Of a DNA stretch of 64,000 nucleotides, positions 37,226-48,025 are shown one piece after another; within the stretch, counting starts at the first letter, position 1, and every line of letters begins with the position of its first letter. The stretch is from positions 36,305 to 100,304 of the forward strand of contig DEOR01000065.1 of NCBI GenBank assembly GCA_002358345.1, in the 5' to 3' direction. The notes under the pieces are model-generated. The model saw only the letters and a list, made by a program, of their open reading frames with translations, searched no databases and had not been told where the DNA came from. The DNA is from Proteobacteria bacterium UBA3413. Lineage in GTDB: Bacteria > Pseudomonadota > Gammaproteobacteria > Magnimaribacterales > D2472. The position numbers and the translations under genes were made by a program.

Positions 37226-38320
37226 GTGCCTAAAGAAAAATTAAACTTATTAGGATTCTCGCATGAATCCTTAGTGGAGTTTTTCGCCTCAATCCGGCAA
37301 CCAAAATTTCGAGCGTCTCAACTGATGAAGTGGATTCATCAAAGAGGGGTTTTAGATTTTATGGAGATGACCGATTTTAGCCTGGCGCTAAGGCAAGAAC
37401 TTACCGCATTAGCAATAGCTCAGCCCCCAGAGGTAGAAGAATGCTTGCTTTCACCTGAAGGAACGCAAAAATACCTTATCAAACTTGAGTCCGGCTCCAT
37501 GATAGAGATGGTAAAAATTCCTGAAAAAAAACGATTAACATTATGCATATCCTCTCAAGCAGGCTGCGCGTTGCAATGTACATTTTGTGCTACTGGAGCT
37601 CAGGGTTTTGAGAGAAATCTTAGCCCTGCAGAAATTATAGGCCAACTCTGGATTGCCAATTTTTACAAGCAGCCCTCGCAACAAATCTCTAATGTAGTAT
37701 TTATGGGAATGGGCGAACCATTACTAAATATAGATCCTGTCATGAGTTCGATCTCTATCATGCAGCATCAGAATGCATACGGTCTTTCAAAGCGCCGGAT
37801 CACTCTAAGCACTTCCGGCATTGTTCCAGAGATCAAAAAACTTGCAGCAAAAACTGATGTCTCATTGGCCATCTCTCTTCACGCTGCCAATAATGAGTTG
37901 AGAGATGAGATAGTGCCAATAAACAAAAAATATCCCATAAATGAATTGATTGAATCTTGCAAAGGATACTTAGAGAATCAAAGTAAAAGAAAAACTATTA
38001 CCATTGAATATATTTTAATTGATGGGGTGAATGACTCAATCGAGCATGCCACTCAATTAGTCACTGTGCTAAAAGGCCTGTCTTGTAAGGTAAATCTCAT
38101 TCCATTTAACCCATTTGATGGGTGTAATTATTTACGATCACAGGAATTAACTATACAAAAATTTAAAGACTATTTGATTGGCAAGGGAGTCATTACCACT
38201 TTGAGAATTACTAGAGGAGACGCTATAGGTGGAGCTTGCGGCCAATTGGTCGGCAAGTTAAAAAATAGCATCATGGGAAAAAATAATATCAATCGAATCA
38301 ATATTGTGCATACCTCATAA
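37226..38320 (+). CDS. rlmN: 23S rRNA/tRNA A2503/A37 C2-methyltransferase RlmN (radical SAM)
   Basis: 364 aa with a GTG start. Radical-SAM motif CALQCTFCATG and a C-terminal GGACGQL. The ndk-rlmN order is conserved. Confidence 0.93.
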   Translation: MPKEKLNLLGFSHESLVEFFASIRQPKFRASQLMKWIHQRGVLDFMEMTDFSLALRQELTALAIAQPPEVEECLLSPEGTQKYLIKLESGSMIEMVKIPEKKRLTLCISSQAGCALQCTFCATGAQGFERNLSPAEIIGQLWIANFYKQPSQQISNVVFMGMGEPLLNIDPVMSSISIMQHQNAYGLSKRRITLSTSGIVPEIKKLAAKTDVSLAISLHAANNELRDEIVPINKKYPINELIESCKGYLENQSKRKTITIEYILIDGVNDSIEHATQLVTVLKGLSCKVNLIPFNPFDGCNYLRSQELTIQKFKDYLIGKGVITTLRITRGDAIGGACGQLVGKLKNSIMGKNNINRINIVHTS

Positions 38321-38322
38321 TC

Positions 38323-39147
38323 ATGAAATCGGCACAAACATCTAAAATTGGCAAAAAATTTCAAGGCGAAAGAGAGGCGTTGGGCCTATCGGAACAAGAT
38401 GTTTCGTCGCGCACATTAATTAATATTGATTTTATCAGGGCAATTGAATCAGGCGATTATTCTATTTTTCCCGCTAGAATGTATGCTTTGAGGTACTTTG
38501 AAAAATATGCAAGTTTTTTACAAATCCAGCAGGAATTTTTTGATATCTATCATGTAAATAATCATCAGGAAGATGGCGAGAGCAACCCTTCACATTTTAA
38601 TAGCGTAACAGAGGCCATTAAGAGCGGTAAGTATAATCTTATTATCAGCTTAATTTCTGTATTGTTTTTTGCAGGCATTGTTATTAATGGACTCCATGAT
38701 TTCTTCTCTTCATCTCATGAGGACTGGTCTATGGAGGAGTCTCACGTATCAAAAAACATTCCAGAGAATCAGCTGGCCGATATATCAGAGATAGATAGAA
38801 ATTTTATTGCAAATGCTTTAGAAGAAATTAAGCCCTTATTCCAACCAGTGATAAATGTATCCGATGTAGATAGTTCAAGTGAATTTCAAGTTACCGCGGG
38901 TGAGCTCAAAAAATTATCTCTAAGTTTTACTGAAGATAGTTGGTTAGAAATATATCAAGGAGCTACTCAGCTAATCTATAGATTATTCAATAAGGATGAG
39001 AGATTGGACATATCTATTACCCCGCCATTTAAAATTATTGCAGGCAATGCCAATGGCGTGACTGGCTTTTACGGTGAAAGTAAAATTAACTTTACTAAGG
39101 TTGCCAATGAGCTTAACGTGAGTTTTATTGAGATTGAAGATGAATGA
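38323..39147 (+). CDS. rodZ: cytoskeleton protein RodZ
   Basis: 274 aa with an N-terminal HTH, a single TM ([16 protein letters not shown]) and a C-terminal DUF4115-like domain. It lies between rlmN and ispG. Confidence 0.8.
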   Translation: MKSAQTSKIGKKFQGEREALGLSEQDVSSRTLINIDFIRAIESGDYSIFPARMYALRYFEKYASFLQIQQEFFDIYHVNNHQEDGESNPSHFNSVTEAIKSGKYNLIISLISVLFFAGIVINGLHDFFSSSHEDWSMEESHVSKNIPENQLADISEIDRNFIANALEEIKPLFQPVINVSDVDSSSEFQVTAGELKKLSLSFTEDSWLEIYQGATQLIYRLFNKDERLDISITPPFKIIAGNANGVTGFYGESKINFTKVANELNVSFIEIEDE

Positions 39148-40237
39148 TTCCTGGATAGTTAGAAAAGAAACGAAGCCAATCTTTGTTGGAGATGTTGGTG
39201 TGGGAGGCAGTCATCCAATCTCCATTCAATCCATGACCAATACAAATACTGCCGATGTGCAGGCAACCATTGGTCAAATAGAAGATCTACAGGCTGCAGG
39301 GGCAGATATTGTCAGAGTCTCCGTCCCGGACAAAGAATGTGCAATAGCATTTAAAAAAATTAAAACGGCTGTTACTATCCCTTTGGTAGCAGACATTCAT
39401 TTTGATTATAAAATTGCTCTTTTAGTGGCTGATAGCGCTGATTGTCTGAGGATAAACCCTGGCAATATTGGCAAAGCAGACAAAGTTCAGCAAATTATTC
39501 AGGCCGCAAAAGATAATAATGTGCCAATTCGAATTGGTGTTAATGCTGGTTCGCTAGAAAAGGATTTGCAGAAAAAATATGGCGAACCAAACTCTGATGC
39601 TCTTGTGGAGTCTGCTTTAAGGCATGTAGAAATTCTTGATAGGTATGATTTTCAAAATTTTAAACTTAGTTTAAAAGCCTCGAATATTAAAATGACTGTT
39701 GAAAGCTATCGAAAATTTTCCAAACTGCTTGATCAACCGCTCCATCTAGGAATTACTGAGGCTGGTAGCTATAGAGCAGGCTCAGTTAAATCTTCTATTG
39801 GCCTGGGGTTGCTTCTGGCTGAAGGCATTGGCGACACCATTAGGGTTTCTTTAGCCTCAGATCCCGTAGATGAAATTAAAATAGGTTGGGATATTCTAAA
39901 AAGCTTAAATTTACGCAGTCGAGGCATTAGAATTATTGCGTGCCCAAGCTGTTCCAGACAGAATTTTAATGTAATTGAAGTTGTGAATGAGCTAGAAAGA
40001 AGATTTGAGGATATTTCTGATGACCTTGAGGTTGCGATCATCGGTTGCTATGTTAATGGGCCGGGAGAGTCTAAAGCTGCAGATGTTGGTCTGACAGGCG
40101 GTCCAAGCAACCTATTGTATGTCGATGGCTCGCCTTTGAAAAAAGTCTCTAACGAGAAACTTGTTGATACAATAGAATCTCAGGTCAGAGAAAAGCTTGA
40201 GAAAAAAGCATCAGATAACATTATTGCAAAGGGCTAA
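39140..40237 (+). CDS. ispG: HMBPP synthase IspG
   Basis: About 365 aa from ATG 39140 (alternative TTG at 39128). Motifs ISIQSMTNT and [11 protein letters not shown] are present, plus a third Cys in [11 protein letters not shown]. Confidence 0.94.
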   Translation: MNDSWIVRKETKPIFVGDVGVGGSHPISIQSMTNTNTADVQATIGQIEDLQAAGADIVRVSVPDKECAIAFKKIKTAVTIPLVADIHFDYKIALLVADSADCLRINPGNIGKADKVQQIIQAAKDNNVPIRIGVNAGSLEKDLQKKYGEPNSDALVESALRHVEILDRYDFQNFKLSLKASNIKMTVESYRKFSKLLDQPLHLGITEAGSYRAGSVKSSIGLGLLLAEGIGDTIRVSLASDPVDEIKIGWDILKSLNLRSRGIRIIACPSCSRQNFNVIEVVNELERRFEDISDDLEVAIIGCYVNGPGESKAADVGLTGGPSNLLYVDGSPLKKVSNEKLVDTIESQVREKLEKKASDNIIAKG

Positions 40238-40240
40238 TAA

Positions 40241-41485
40241 GTGGATATTCAATCTTTAAGAGGCATGCCAGACTTATTTCCAGAGGATCTGGAGAAATGG
40301 CATATTCTTGAAAAAACTCTCTCCAAGGTCTTTCTCTCTTGTGGTACCAAAGAGATTCGGACGCCGTTACTAGAATCAACAGAGCTCTTCAATCGCTCTG
40401 TTGGAAACTCATCAGATATTGTTAATAAAGAGCTTTATAGTTTTTTAGATAGAAATGATAAAAGTATTAGCTTGAGACCCGAGGGTTCCGCTAGCGTGAT
40501 TCGCGCAATCATACAAAAAAAACAAGAGCATGAAAAACACAAATTATGGTATCAGGGACCTATGTTTCGCTATGAAAGACCTCAAAAAGGCCGATTTCGG
40601 CAATTTCATCAAGCCGGAGTTGAATATCTGGGTTATGAAGAAGGACTTTCTGAGTACGAGTTAATTTCAATGGTGATTCAACTTAATCAGCGGCTGGGCA
40701 TTAAGAAATACAAAATAAAAATTAATCATTTGGGAGACAAAGATACAAAAGAAAATTTTTGCAATGCTTTAAAACTATTTCTTGAGCCGCATCTCGATAC
40801 CTTGCATGAAAAGGATGTCGCTAGGCTAGAATCTAATCCATTGCGCATTTTAGATTCCAAAGAAGAGTCCACTCAAAACTTATTAGCCACAGCCCCGCGG
40901 TTCCAAGATTTTCTTTCAGAGAGCCCCAAAACCTTTCTGAAAAACATAGTGCAGCATTTTACTGATCAATGTGATATCGCAGTGGATTCAAGCCTAGTTC
41001 GAGGCCTTGATTACTACACGGGCTTAGTCTTTGAGGTTGTTTCTGAGGATCTTGGCGCACAAGATGCATTTTTGGGCGGGGGTAGATATGATCATTTGAG
41101 CAAAGAGCTTGGGGGCAAGGGCATGGAGGCTATTGGTTTTGCTATTGGTCTAGAGAGAATAATTGATTTAATGCAGATACAGCCCCTTCAAAATGTTCAA
41201 AAAGTAGCCTTCATCACTGTGGGTGAGCAAGATCAGCAAAAAACCTATAAAATAGCGCATGCTTTAAGGGAGGCTAACCTTGGCGTGATCTTGGATGCAT
41301 TTTTGAGCTCAGCTACTCTAAAATCTCAGCTTAAAAGAGCCAATAAGCATGAGCATCACTTTGCAATTATTATTGGTGAAGAGGAAAGAGAGCTAGGAAA
41401 ATACTTGTGGAAGAATCTTAGTGCCCAAGGCGATCAAGAGCTTTTGCATTTTGAAGCTTTGATCGATAAATATAAAAATCTTTAG
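40241..41485 (+). CDS. hisS: histidyl-tRNA synthetase
   Basis: 414 aa with a GTG start. Motifs LRGMPDLFPED, YQGPMFRYERPQKGRFRQFHQ and GGGRYD are present. Confidence 0.95.
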   Translation: MDIQSLRGMPDLFPEDLEKWHILEKTLSKVFLSCGTKEIRTPLLESTELFNRSVGNSSDIVNKELYSFLDRNDKSISLRPEGSASVIRAIIQKKQEHEKHKLWYQGPMFRYERPQKGRFRQFHQAGVEYLGYEEGLSEYELISMVIQLNQRLGIKKYKIKINHLGDKDTKENFCNALKLFLEPHLDTLHEKDVARLESNPLRILDSKEESTQNLLATAPRFQDFLSESPKTFLKNIVQHFTDQCDIAVDSSLVRGLDYYTGLVFEVVSEDLGAQDAFLGGGRYDHLSKELGGKGMEAIGFAIGLERIIDLMQIQPLQNVQKVAFITVGEQDQQKTYKIAHALREANLGVILDAFLSSATLKSQLKRANKHEHHFAIIIGEEERELGKYLWKNLSAQGDQELLHFEALIDKYKNL

Positions 41486-41493
41486 GAGAGAAG

Positions 41494-42138
41494 ATGGCAG
41501 ATTACAATTCAGACGAAGAGAGATTTACGGCTATTGCTGATTTCTTTAAAAGGAATAGAAATAGCATTCTTTTTACCCTTGCAGCTATTGTTCTTATTGC
41601 CGTCAGTAGCATTAGTGTTAATGCCTATAAGACTAATCAAAACAATCAAGCCGCTGACCTTTATGACGCATGGTTTGTCGGCATGGGCAAAGAGACTGTT
41701 GATCTGGATAAAACAATGCTTGATTACAATGCATTGCAAAATGATTTCCCTAGGACAGGTTATGCTGGTTTGGCTCGTCTAATCAAAGCTTCTCAGCTTG
41801 CTCGAGAGGGCGAAATAACCAATAGCTTGAATGAATTCAGAGCACTGTTAAAGGTTACTTCGGGCCTATTTGGAAATGACGTATTAAATTCATTGGCTAG
41901 AATTAATATCGCGAGAATAGAGGTCAGTAATGAGAACTTTTTACCAGCCTTAGAAGTTCTAGAGCCATTTAACTCTGGTAGTGAGCATGCCATGGTTTAT
42001 GAGATTAAAGGTGATGCCTTATCTGGGTTAAATAAAACTCAGCTAGCTTTAGACCAATACAATCTAGCTTTAAACAACATGAAAGATGAATCGCAGAAAT
42101 CGCTATTAAAAATTAAAATTAGTCAGCTTACTCAGTAG
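41494..42138 (+). CDS. yfgM: YfgM-family TPR membrane protein
   Basis: 214 aa with an N-terminal TM and a TPR-like periplasmic domain. Its hisS-yfgM-bamB position is conserved. Confidence 0.7.
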   Translation: MADYNSDEERFTAIADFFKRNRNSILFTLAAIVLIAVSSISVNAYKTNQNNQAADLYDAWFVGMGKETVDLDKTMLDYNALQNDFPRTGYAGLARLIKASQLAREGEITNSLNEFRALLKVTSGLFGNDVLNSLARINIARIEVSNENFLPALEVLEPFNSGSEHAMVYEIKGDALSGLNKTQLALDQYNLALNNMKDESQKSLLKIKISQLTQ

Positions 42139-42143
42139 AATAC

Positions 42144-43292
42144 ATGCAATATAAAATTATTTTAGTTCTTCTTTTTACGGGAGTAATATCTTCTTGCTCA
42201 TCTCTTAATTTTTGGAGCAATGAGTCTGATGAAGACTTAACCACTCCTGCGAAATTACTTCCATTTACCGGTGATTATTCAATAGACATAGCTTGGAAAA
42301 AATCTTTTAAAGGCAGCGATGATTTGGGAGCATTTAAACCTGCCTTCTACTCAGGGCAGGTAATTGTTGCTGATTCATCAGGAGACATCACCTCTATTAA
42401 TCCCGAGACTGGAATGATAAATTGGCAAAAAGCTCTAGGAAGAAATCTTTCTGCGGGAGTGGTAGCTGGTTTTGGGAGACTTGTTGTATCTGATGTTGAT
42501 GGTTTTGTAATAAGTCTTGATATGGAATCTCAAGAAATTCTCTGGGAACAAAACATAGGTGGGGAAGTTCTAGCCAGAGCAATTGTGGATGCAGCGCTGG
42601 TGGTGGTCAAGAACTCTGTTGGTGAGTTGGTGGCGCTCGATGCTATGACTGGAGAGAAGAAATGGACTTTTAGATCCCAGTTACCAGCATTAACTGTTCG
42701 AGGAACAGGAGAACCAATTATAAAAGATGGCATAGTCTTCTCTACTTTTGACAATGGTCGCCTTGGAGCGTTTCAATTAAATACTGGATTCTTTTTATGG
42801 GATGGCCCAATTTCGTTTGTTTCGGGATCATCTGAACTTGAAAATTTATTAGATGCAGATTCCTCTCCTGTAGCATTCAATCAGTTGATCTTTGCCGTAA
42901 ATTACCAGGGCAATCTTACGGCCTTTGATACAGCTCAAAAACGGCCTGTATGGAATGCGAAAGCATCTTCATTTCATTCTCCGGTTATCGGCAATGGGAT
43001 GATTATGGTTATCCAGGATAACGGCTCTATTCTTTCGTTTTCCTCTGGAAATCTCCAGCCTTCATGGACATCTGAGGAGTACCTGTTTCGGGAGCTCTCT
43101 AATGGGGTGTTGCTGAACAATACCATGATGGTAGGCGACCTCGAGGGATACCTTCATGTGATCAATCCATTGACTGGAAAAACTGTTGGTAGAAAAAAAG
43201 TTTCTGGCAACCCAATTAAGAGCATTGTAACCTTTGGAGATCTGGCATATATAGTTGACCAGGACTCTAATCTAGTTGCAATTTCGCTCTAG
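42144..43292 (+). CDS. bamB: outer membrane protein assembly factor BamB
   Basis: 382 aa with lipobox VISSC and PQQ-like beta-propeller repeats. It precedes der. Confidence 0.88.
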   Translation: MQYKIILVLLFTGVISSCSSLNFWSNESDEDLTTPAKLLPFTGDYSIDIAWKKSFKGSDDLGAFKPAFYSGQVIVADSSGDITSINPETGMINWQKALGRNLSAGVVAGFGRLVVSDVDGFVISLDMESQEILWEQNIGGEVLARAIVDAALVVVKNSVGELVALDAMTGEKKWTFRSQLPALTVRGTGEPIIKDGIVFSTFDNGRLGAFQLNTGFFLWDGPISFVSGSSELENLLDADSSPVAFNQLIFAVNYQGNLTAFDTAQKRPVWNAKASSFHSPVIGNGMIMVIQDNGSILSFSSGNLQPSWTSEEYLFRELSNGVLLNNTMMVGDLEGYLHVINPLTGKTVGRKKVSGNPIKSIVTFGDLAYIVDQDSNLVAISL

Positions 43293-43306
43293 CATGGCTC
43301 GCATTA

Positions 43307-44692
43307 ATGCTAAATTCTATTGCTATCCTAGGTAGACCCAATGTAGGGAAATCTTCTTTATTTAACAAGCTAACCAAAAGTAGAAATGCAATTGTTTCAG
43401 ATTTCTCTGGACTCACCAAAGATAGAAATTTTGGCTATAGCGATATTAAAGGCAAGCAGTATTTAGTTGTTGATACAGGTGGCGTAGGTTCTGAGCTGAC
43501 TGAATTTAGTGAAGCTATTACCGAGCAAGCCCTGATTGCTGCAGAGGAATCAAACCTAATTTTATTGCTAATTGACGGCTCGCAAGAACTGACCTCAGAT
43601 GATATCAATCTATTGCAAATTGTTAGAAAGTTCGATAAAAAATTTGTTGTTGTACTGAATAAAATTGATATTAAAGTTCGCTCTAACGCTAAGGAAGATC
43701 TCCTAAAATATGGTGCTGGGGAGATATTAGAGATCAGCGCAGAGCACTCCAGAGGCATCAAAGAGCTCCAAATTTATATATCAGAAAATTTACAAGATAA
43801 TCCCGTCCCCGAGACATCCGGAACAAGAATTGCAGTTATTGGTCGACCTAACGCCGGTAAATCCACCTTTATTAACCAGTTCACTAAGCAAAATAGGCTG
43901 ATTGTTTCAGACATTCCTGGAACTACTATCGATTCAATTTACGTGCCATTTACGTTTAATGAAGAGGAATTTGTTTTTATTGATACAGCTGGAATAAGAA
44001 AGAAATATAAACAAAGCCATGCAGTTGAATACTTTTCTTATGTTCGGGCTATGCATGCTGTTGCTGAGGCAGAGATAGCGCTGATGCTGATCGATGCGAA
44101 TGATGGAGTTGTTGATCAAGACCTACGGATTCTTAACTTAATCAGAGAACATGGTAAGCCAGTAGTTATTGCTCTAAATAAAGTAGATGAGCTGACCTCT
44201 ACTGATATTGAAAATTTGCTCGACTCAAAAAAATACCACAATACCATCATGAGTGACTTGGTCATCATGCAAATTTCCGCCCTTCAAAAAACAGGATTCA
44301 AGAGATTATTCGACACTTTGGCAGAGGTCCATAAGATTGCCACTACAAAATTTTCAACAGGCAAGCTCAATAAACTTCTTGAGAAATTTAGCAATGCAAC
44401 CAATATGCCGAGCGTTGCCGGCCGACCGGTCAAGATGAGATACATTCATTTTGGAGGGATTTATCCAACTAAGTTAATTATTCATGCCAATGTCTCTACT
44501 AAAATTCCATCAAATTTTAAAAGATATTTAATCAACTCTTTTAGAGATGAACTGAGCCTGAAGAGCATTGGATTAAATGTAATTTTTAAAAAGGGTGAAA
44601 ACCCCTTTGAAGGCAAAAAGAATGAGCTCACAACGCGCCAAATTAAAAAGAAAAAAAGACTGGTCAAACACGTTAAAAAATCAAAAAAGTAA
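43307..44692 (+). CDS. der: ribosome-associated GTPase Der (EngA)
   Basis: 461 aa. Two tandem G domains (GRPNVGKSS and GRPNAGKST) and a basic KH-like C-terminus. Confidence 0.95.
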   Translation: MLNSIAILGRPNVGKSSLFNKLTKSRNAIVSDFSGLTKDRNFGYSDIKGKQYLVVDTGGVGSELTEFSEAITEQALIAAEESNLILLLIDGSQELTSDDINLLQIVRKFDKKFVVVLNKIDIKVRSNAKEDLLKYGAGEILEISAEHSRGIKELQIYISENLQDNPVPETSGTRIAVIGRPNAGKSTFINQFTKQNRLIVSDIPGTTIDSIYVPFTFNEEEFVFIDTAGIRKKYKQSHAVEYFSYVRAMHAVAEAEIALMLIDANDGVVDQDLRILNLIREHGKPVVIALNKVDELTSTDIENLLDSKKYHNTIMSDLVIMQISALQKTGFKRLFDTLAEVHKIATTKFSTGKLNKLLEKFSNATNMPSVAGRPVKMRYIHFGGIYPTKLIIHANVSTKIPSNFKRYLINSFRDELSLKSIGLNVIFKKGENPFEGKKNELTTRQIKKKKRLVKHVKKSKK

Positions 44693-44749
44693 GATTTTCT
44701 GCTATATATTCCGTATAATTCAACCTAAGGATTAAGTTTTAAGGAACAA

Positions 44750-45130
44750 ATGTCTATAAAACCTGTTTTTATTAATTTATTAAAAATACAACTGCCACTT
44801 GCAGCCTTTTTATCTATCACTCATCGAGTAACTGGAGTATTAATTTTCTTTCTAGTTCTTCCAACCTCTGTGTATTTTCTGTCATTACTTCTTTCTAGCG
44901 AATCCTCCTATATGAATTTTCTTGATTTATATATGAATAATTTTATTTTAAGAACATTTGTCCTTTTTCTCGCGTTGATCTTCACCTATCATGTCTTTAC
45001 AGGCGCTCGACATATGCTGCTTGATTTTCATTTAATCAGCGAAACCCTGAGTGCGACAAAAACCTCTTCGATCATTACTTTGATACTATTTCTAATAAAT
45101 GGAGTCATTCAGGCCTGGGTGATCTTATGA
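44750..45130 (+). CDS. sdhC: succinate dehydrogenase cytochrome b556 subunit
   Basis: 126 aa with 3 TM segments and a conserved HR motif (SITHRVTG). It is the first gene of sdhCDAB. Confidence 0.88.
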   Translation: MSIKPVFINLLKIQLPLAAFLSITHRVTGVLIFFLVLPTSVYFLSLLLSSESSYMNFLDLYMNNFILRTFVLFLALIFTYHVFTGARHMLLDFHLISETLSATKTSSIITLILFLINGVIQAWVIL

Positions 45131-45477
45131 ATATAGGAAAATTTTTTTGGTATCTACAAAGATACAGCGCTTTATACTTCTTATTTTTTTTAGGTTATCT
45201 TGAGTACTTATATTGGAGTGATCAATTGGCATTTGACCTAGTTACCTCTAATCTTGCGCTAAAGGTCTCTCTAAGTCTCTTCATCATACTTGCATGCATG
45301 CATGGCTTTGTTGGACTGTGGACCGTGGGAACAGATTACTTCACAAAAAGAACGCTTGGCTTTATCTCTCCAAGACTTGGGAGTTATGGAGATCTGATCA
45401 GAAAAATTTACGAAGGATTTTTTGTCTTGCTGGGTATGGTAATTGTCAATTTATATCTCTTAACCATCTGGTCTTAA
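45127..45477 (+). CDS. sdhD: succinate dehydrogenase hydrophobic anchor subunit
   Basis: 116 aa with 3 TM segments, located between sdhC and sdhA. ATGA overlap with sdhC. Confidence 0.85.
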   Translation: MNIGKFFWYLQRYSALYFLFFLGYLEYLYWSDQLAFDLVTSNLALKVSLSLFIILACMHGFVGLWTVGTDYFTKRTLGFISPRLGSYGDLIRKIYEGFFVLLGMVIVNLYLLTIWS

Positions 45478-45478
45478 T

Positions 45479-47263
45479 ATGGAAACTTATAATTCTAATA
45501 ATATCCAAACTCTAGAGTTTGACGCTTTGATTATTGGCGGTGGTGGCTCTGGTATGCGAACCTCATTGGAGCTTGCAAAATCTGGATTAAAGACTGCTGT
45601 TGTATCCAAAGTTTTCCCCACTCGATCCCATACAGTTTCTGCTCAAGGTGGGATAACTTGCGCAATCGGAAGTGCTGATCCAGACGATGATTGGCGTTGG
45701 CACATGTATGACACAGTTAAGGGCTCAGATTACATTGGAGACCAAGATGCGATTGAATATATGTGCTCAGAAGGCCCAAAAGCAGTTTTTGAACTTGAGC
45801 ATATGGGCTTACCTTTTTCTAGATTTGAAAATGGCAGAATTTACCAAAGACCTTTTGGCGGTCAATCCAAGGATTACGGAAAAGGCGGTCAAGCAGCTCG
45901 AACATGTGCAGCTGCAGATAGAACAGGACACGCTTTGCTGCACACCTTGTATCAAAATAATATCAAAGAAGGCTCTAATTTTTTAAACGAGTGGTTTGCA
46001 GTTGAGTTAGTGCTCAATAAGTCCAAGGAAGTGACTGGAGTAATAGCATTTTCTATTGAATCTGGGGAGGTTGCTTATCTTAAGGCCCAAGCAACTGTCA
46101 TGGCAACTGGTGGAGCTGGAAGAATTTACTCCTCCACAACCAATGCATTAATCAACACAGGAGATGGTCTAGGTATGGCTTTAAGAGCTGGTTTTCCCGC
46201 TCAAGATATGGAAATGTGGCAATTTCATCCCACTGGAATTTATGGAGCAGGATCTCTTGTAACCGAAGGATGCCGAGGTGAAGGTGGTTATTTAATCAAT
46301 GCAGAAGGCGAGCGATTTATGGAGCGCTATGCACCTAATGCTAAAGATTTAGCAGGTCGAGATGTTGTTGCAAGATCAATGGTACTTGAAATCCTTGAGG
46401 GCAGAGGCTGTGGAGAGCACAAAGACCATGTCTTGCTCAAGCTTGATCATTTGGGTGCAGACGTCCTGAATGCAAAGCTTCCAGGTATATGCGAGCTATC
46501 TAAAACATTTGCAGGCATAGACCCTGTTTACGAACCCATTCCTGTAGTTCCAACGTGCCACTACATGATGGGAGGAACACCTACCAATATCCATGGACAA
46601 GCATTTACACAATCTAACGGTGTGGATGAAATTATTGCAGGTTTGTTCTCAGTGGGTGAGGCTGCCTGTGTCTCAGTTCATGGCGCGAATCGATTGGGTG
46701 GGAACTCTCTGCTAGACCTAGTTGTTTTTGGTCGAGCAGCAGGATTACATATTCAAGAGGCCTTAAAATCAGGTGGTGGAGTCTCAGATTCTGACAGTGA
46801 TGATATAGATCAAGCCTTGCACAGCTTAAATGCCCTAAATCATTCAGAGGGTGGCTTTGAGGTTGCCGAGGTTAAACGAGAACTTCAAGCGGTAATGCAA
46901 AACTATTTTGGAGTCTTTAGAAGGGGCGATTACATGGAAAAAGGGGTAGCTGAGCTAAATACTATTAGAGACAAAATCTCCAATCTTCATCTTAAAGATA
47001 AGAGCGCTGCTTTTAACACCAGTCGGGTTGAAGCCTTGGAGCTAAGAAATTTATTTGAAGTTGCTGAGGCTACCGCCATTGCTTCTTTAAAGAGAACTGA
47101 AAGCAGAGGCGCGCATGCACGCGATGATTTTAAGGAGCGCGACGACGAGAATTGGCTCTGTCATTCTCTGTACAATCCAACCAACAAAGAATTGAGCAAA
47201 AGAGGCGTCAATTTTGAACCCAAGCAAGTAGAAACCTTTGAGCCTAAAATCAGAACTTATTAA
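45479..47263 (+). CDS. sdhA: succinate dehydrogenase flavoprotein subunit
   Basis: 594 aa with the FAD motif [11 protein letters not shown], the covalent-FAD His region [10 protein letters not shown], and HPTG and RGAHAR motifs. Confidence 0.97.
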   Translation: METYNSNNIQTLEFDALIIGGGGSGMRTSLELAKSGLKTAVVSKVFPTRSHTVSAQGGITCAIGSADPDDDWRWHMYDTVKGSDYIGDQDAIEYMCSEGPKAVFELEHMGLPFSRFENGRIYQRPFGGQSKDYGKGGQAARTCAAADRTGHALLHTLYQNNIKEGSNFLNEWFAVELVLNKSKEVTGVIAFSIESGEVAYLKAQATVMATGGAGRIYSSTTNALINTGDGLGMALRAGFPAQDMEMWQFHPTGIYGAGSLVTEGCRGEGGYLINAEGERFMERYAPNAKDLAGRDVVARSMVLEILEGRGCGEHKDHVLLKLDHLGADVLNAKLPGICELSKTFAGIDPVYEPIPVVPTCHYMMGGTPTNIHGQAFTQSNGVDEIIAGLFSVGEAACVSVHGANRLGGNSLLDLVVFGRAAGLHIQEALKSGGGVSDSDSDDIDQALHSLNALNHSEGGFEVAEVKRELQAVMQNYFGVFRRGDYMEKGVAELNTIRDKISNLHLKDKSAAFNTSRVEALELRNLFEVAEATAIASLKRTESRGAHARDDFKERDDENWLCHSLYNPTNKELSKRGVNFEPKQVETFEPKIRTY

Positions 47264-47270
47264 TTACTAA

Positions 47271-48017
47271 ATGAGAGAAGAGCAGATGATTAATGTAAAC
47301 ATATACAGATATAACCCAGAAACTGATCAGTTTCCATATATGCAGGCTTATTCTATCGAGCGTCCTAAAAAAGATATTATGCTGCTGGAGCTTCTGAATA
47401 TTTTAAAAGAGCAAGATTCCTCAATATCATATAGACGCTCATGCAGAGAGGGTGTGTGCGGATCAGATGGCATGAATATTAATGGCAAAAATGGTCTTGC
47501 TTGCATTACTCCGATCTCTACAGCAATTCAAAAAGATAAGATTGATTTAAGGCCATTACCTGGATTGCCAGTAATTCGAGACTTGGTGGTAGATATGACG
47601 GAGTTTTATGCGCAATACGATAAAATTAAACCTTTTTTACAAAATGACTCTGCGCCTCCAGCCATAGAGAGACTTCAATCCCCAGAAGATCGAGCCAAAT
47701 TGGATGGACTTTATGAATGCATTCTCTGTGCCTGCTGCTCAACGAGCTGCCCATCTTTTTGGTGGAACCCTGATAAGTTTGTTGGGCCAGCAGCTCTTCT
47801 GCAAGCCTATAGATTTATAGCTGATTCGAGGGATACAAAAACTTTAGAGAGATTGGATAATCTATCCGATCCCTTTAGCGTTTACAGATGTCACGGCATC
47901 ATGAATTGCGTAAGCGCCTGTCCAAAAGATTTAAATCCAAATCATGCAATTGGAGAAATTAAATCTATGTTGCTATCCAACAAAAGAAATATTATTGCAT
48001 CTGACGGTGTAAGCTAG
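47271..48017 (+). CDS. sdhB: succinate dehydrogenase iron-sulfur subunit
   Basis: 248 aa (alternative ATG at 47286). Three Cys clusters: [27 protein letters not shown] and [12 protein letters not shown]. Confidence 0.96.
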   Translation: MREEQMINVNIYRYNPETDQFPYMQAYSIERPKKDIMLLELLNILKEQDSSISYRRSCREGVCGSDGMNINGKNGLACITPISTAIQKDKIDLRPLPGLPVIRDLVVDMTEFYAQYDKIKPFLQNDSAPPAIERLQSPEDRAKLDGLYECILCACCSTSCPSFWWNPDKFVGPAALLQAYRFIADSRDTKTLERLDNLSDPFSVYRCHGIMNCVSACPKDLNPNHAIGEIKSMLLSNKRNIIASDGVS

Positions 48018-48025
48018 AAATACAC

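Noticed and set aside
44714-44719. Perfect TATAAT upstream of sdhC as a possible sdh promoter -10 element.
   Set aside because: No acceptable -35 or extended -10 lies at the right spacing, and TATAAT occurs by chance in AT-rich DNA. I left it unannotated.
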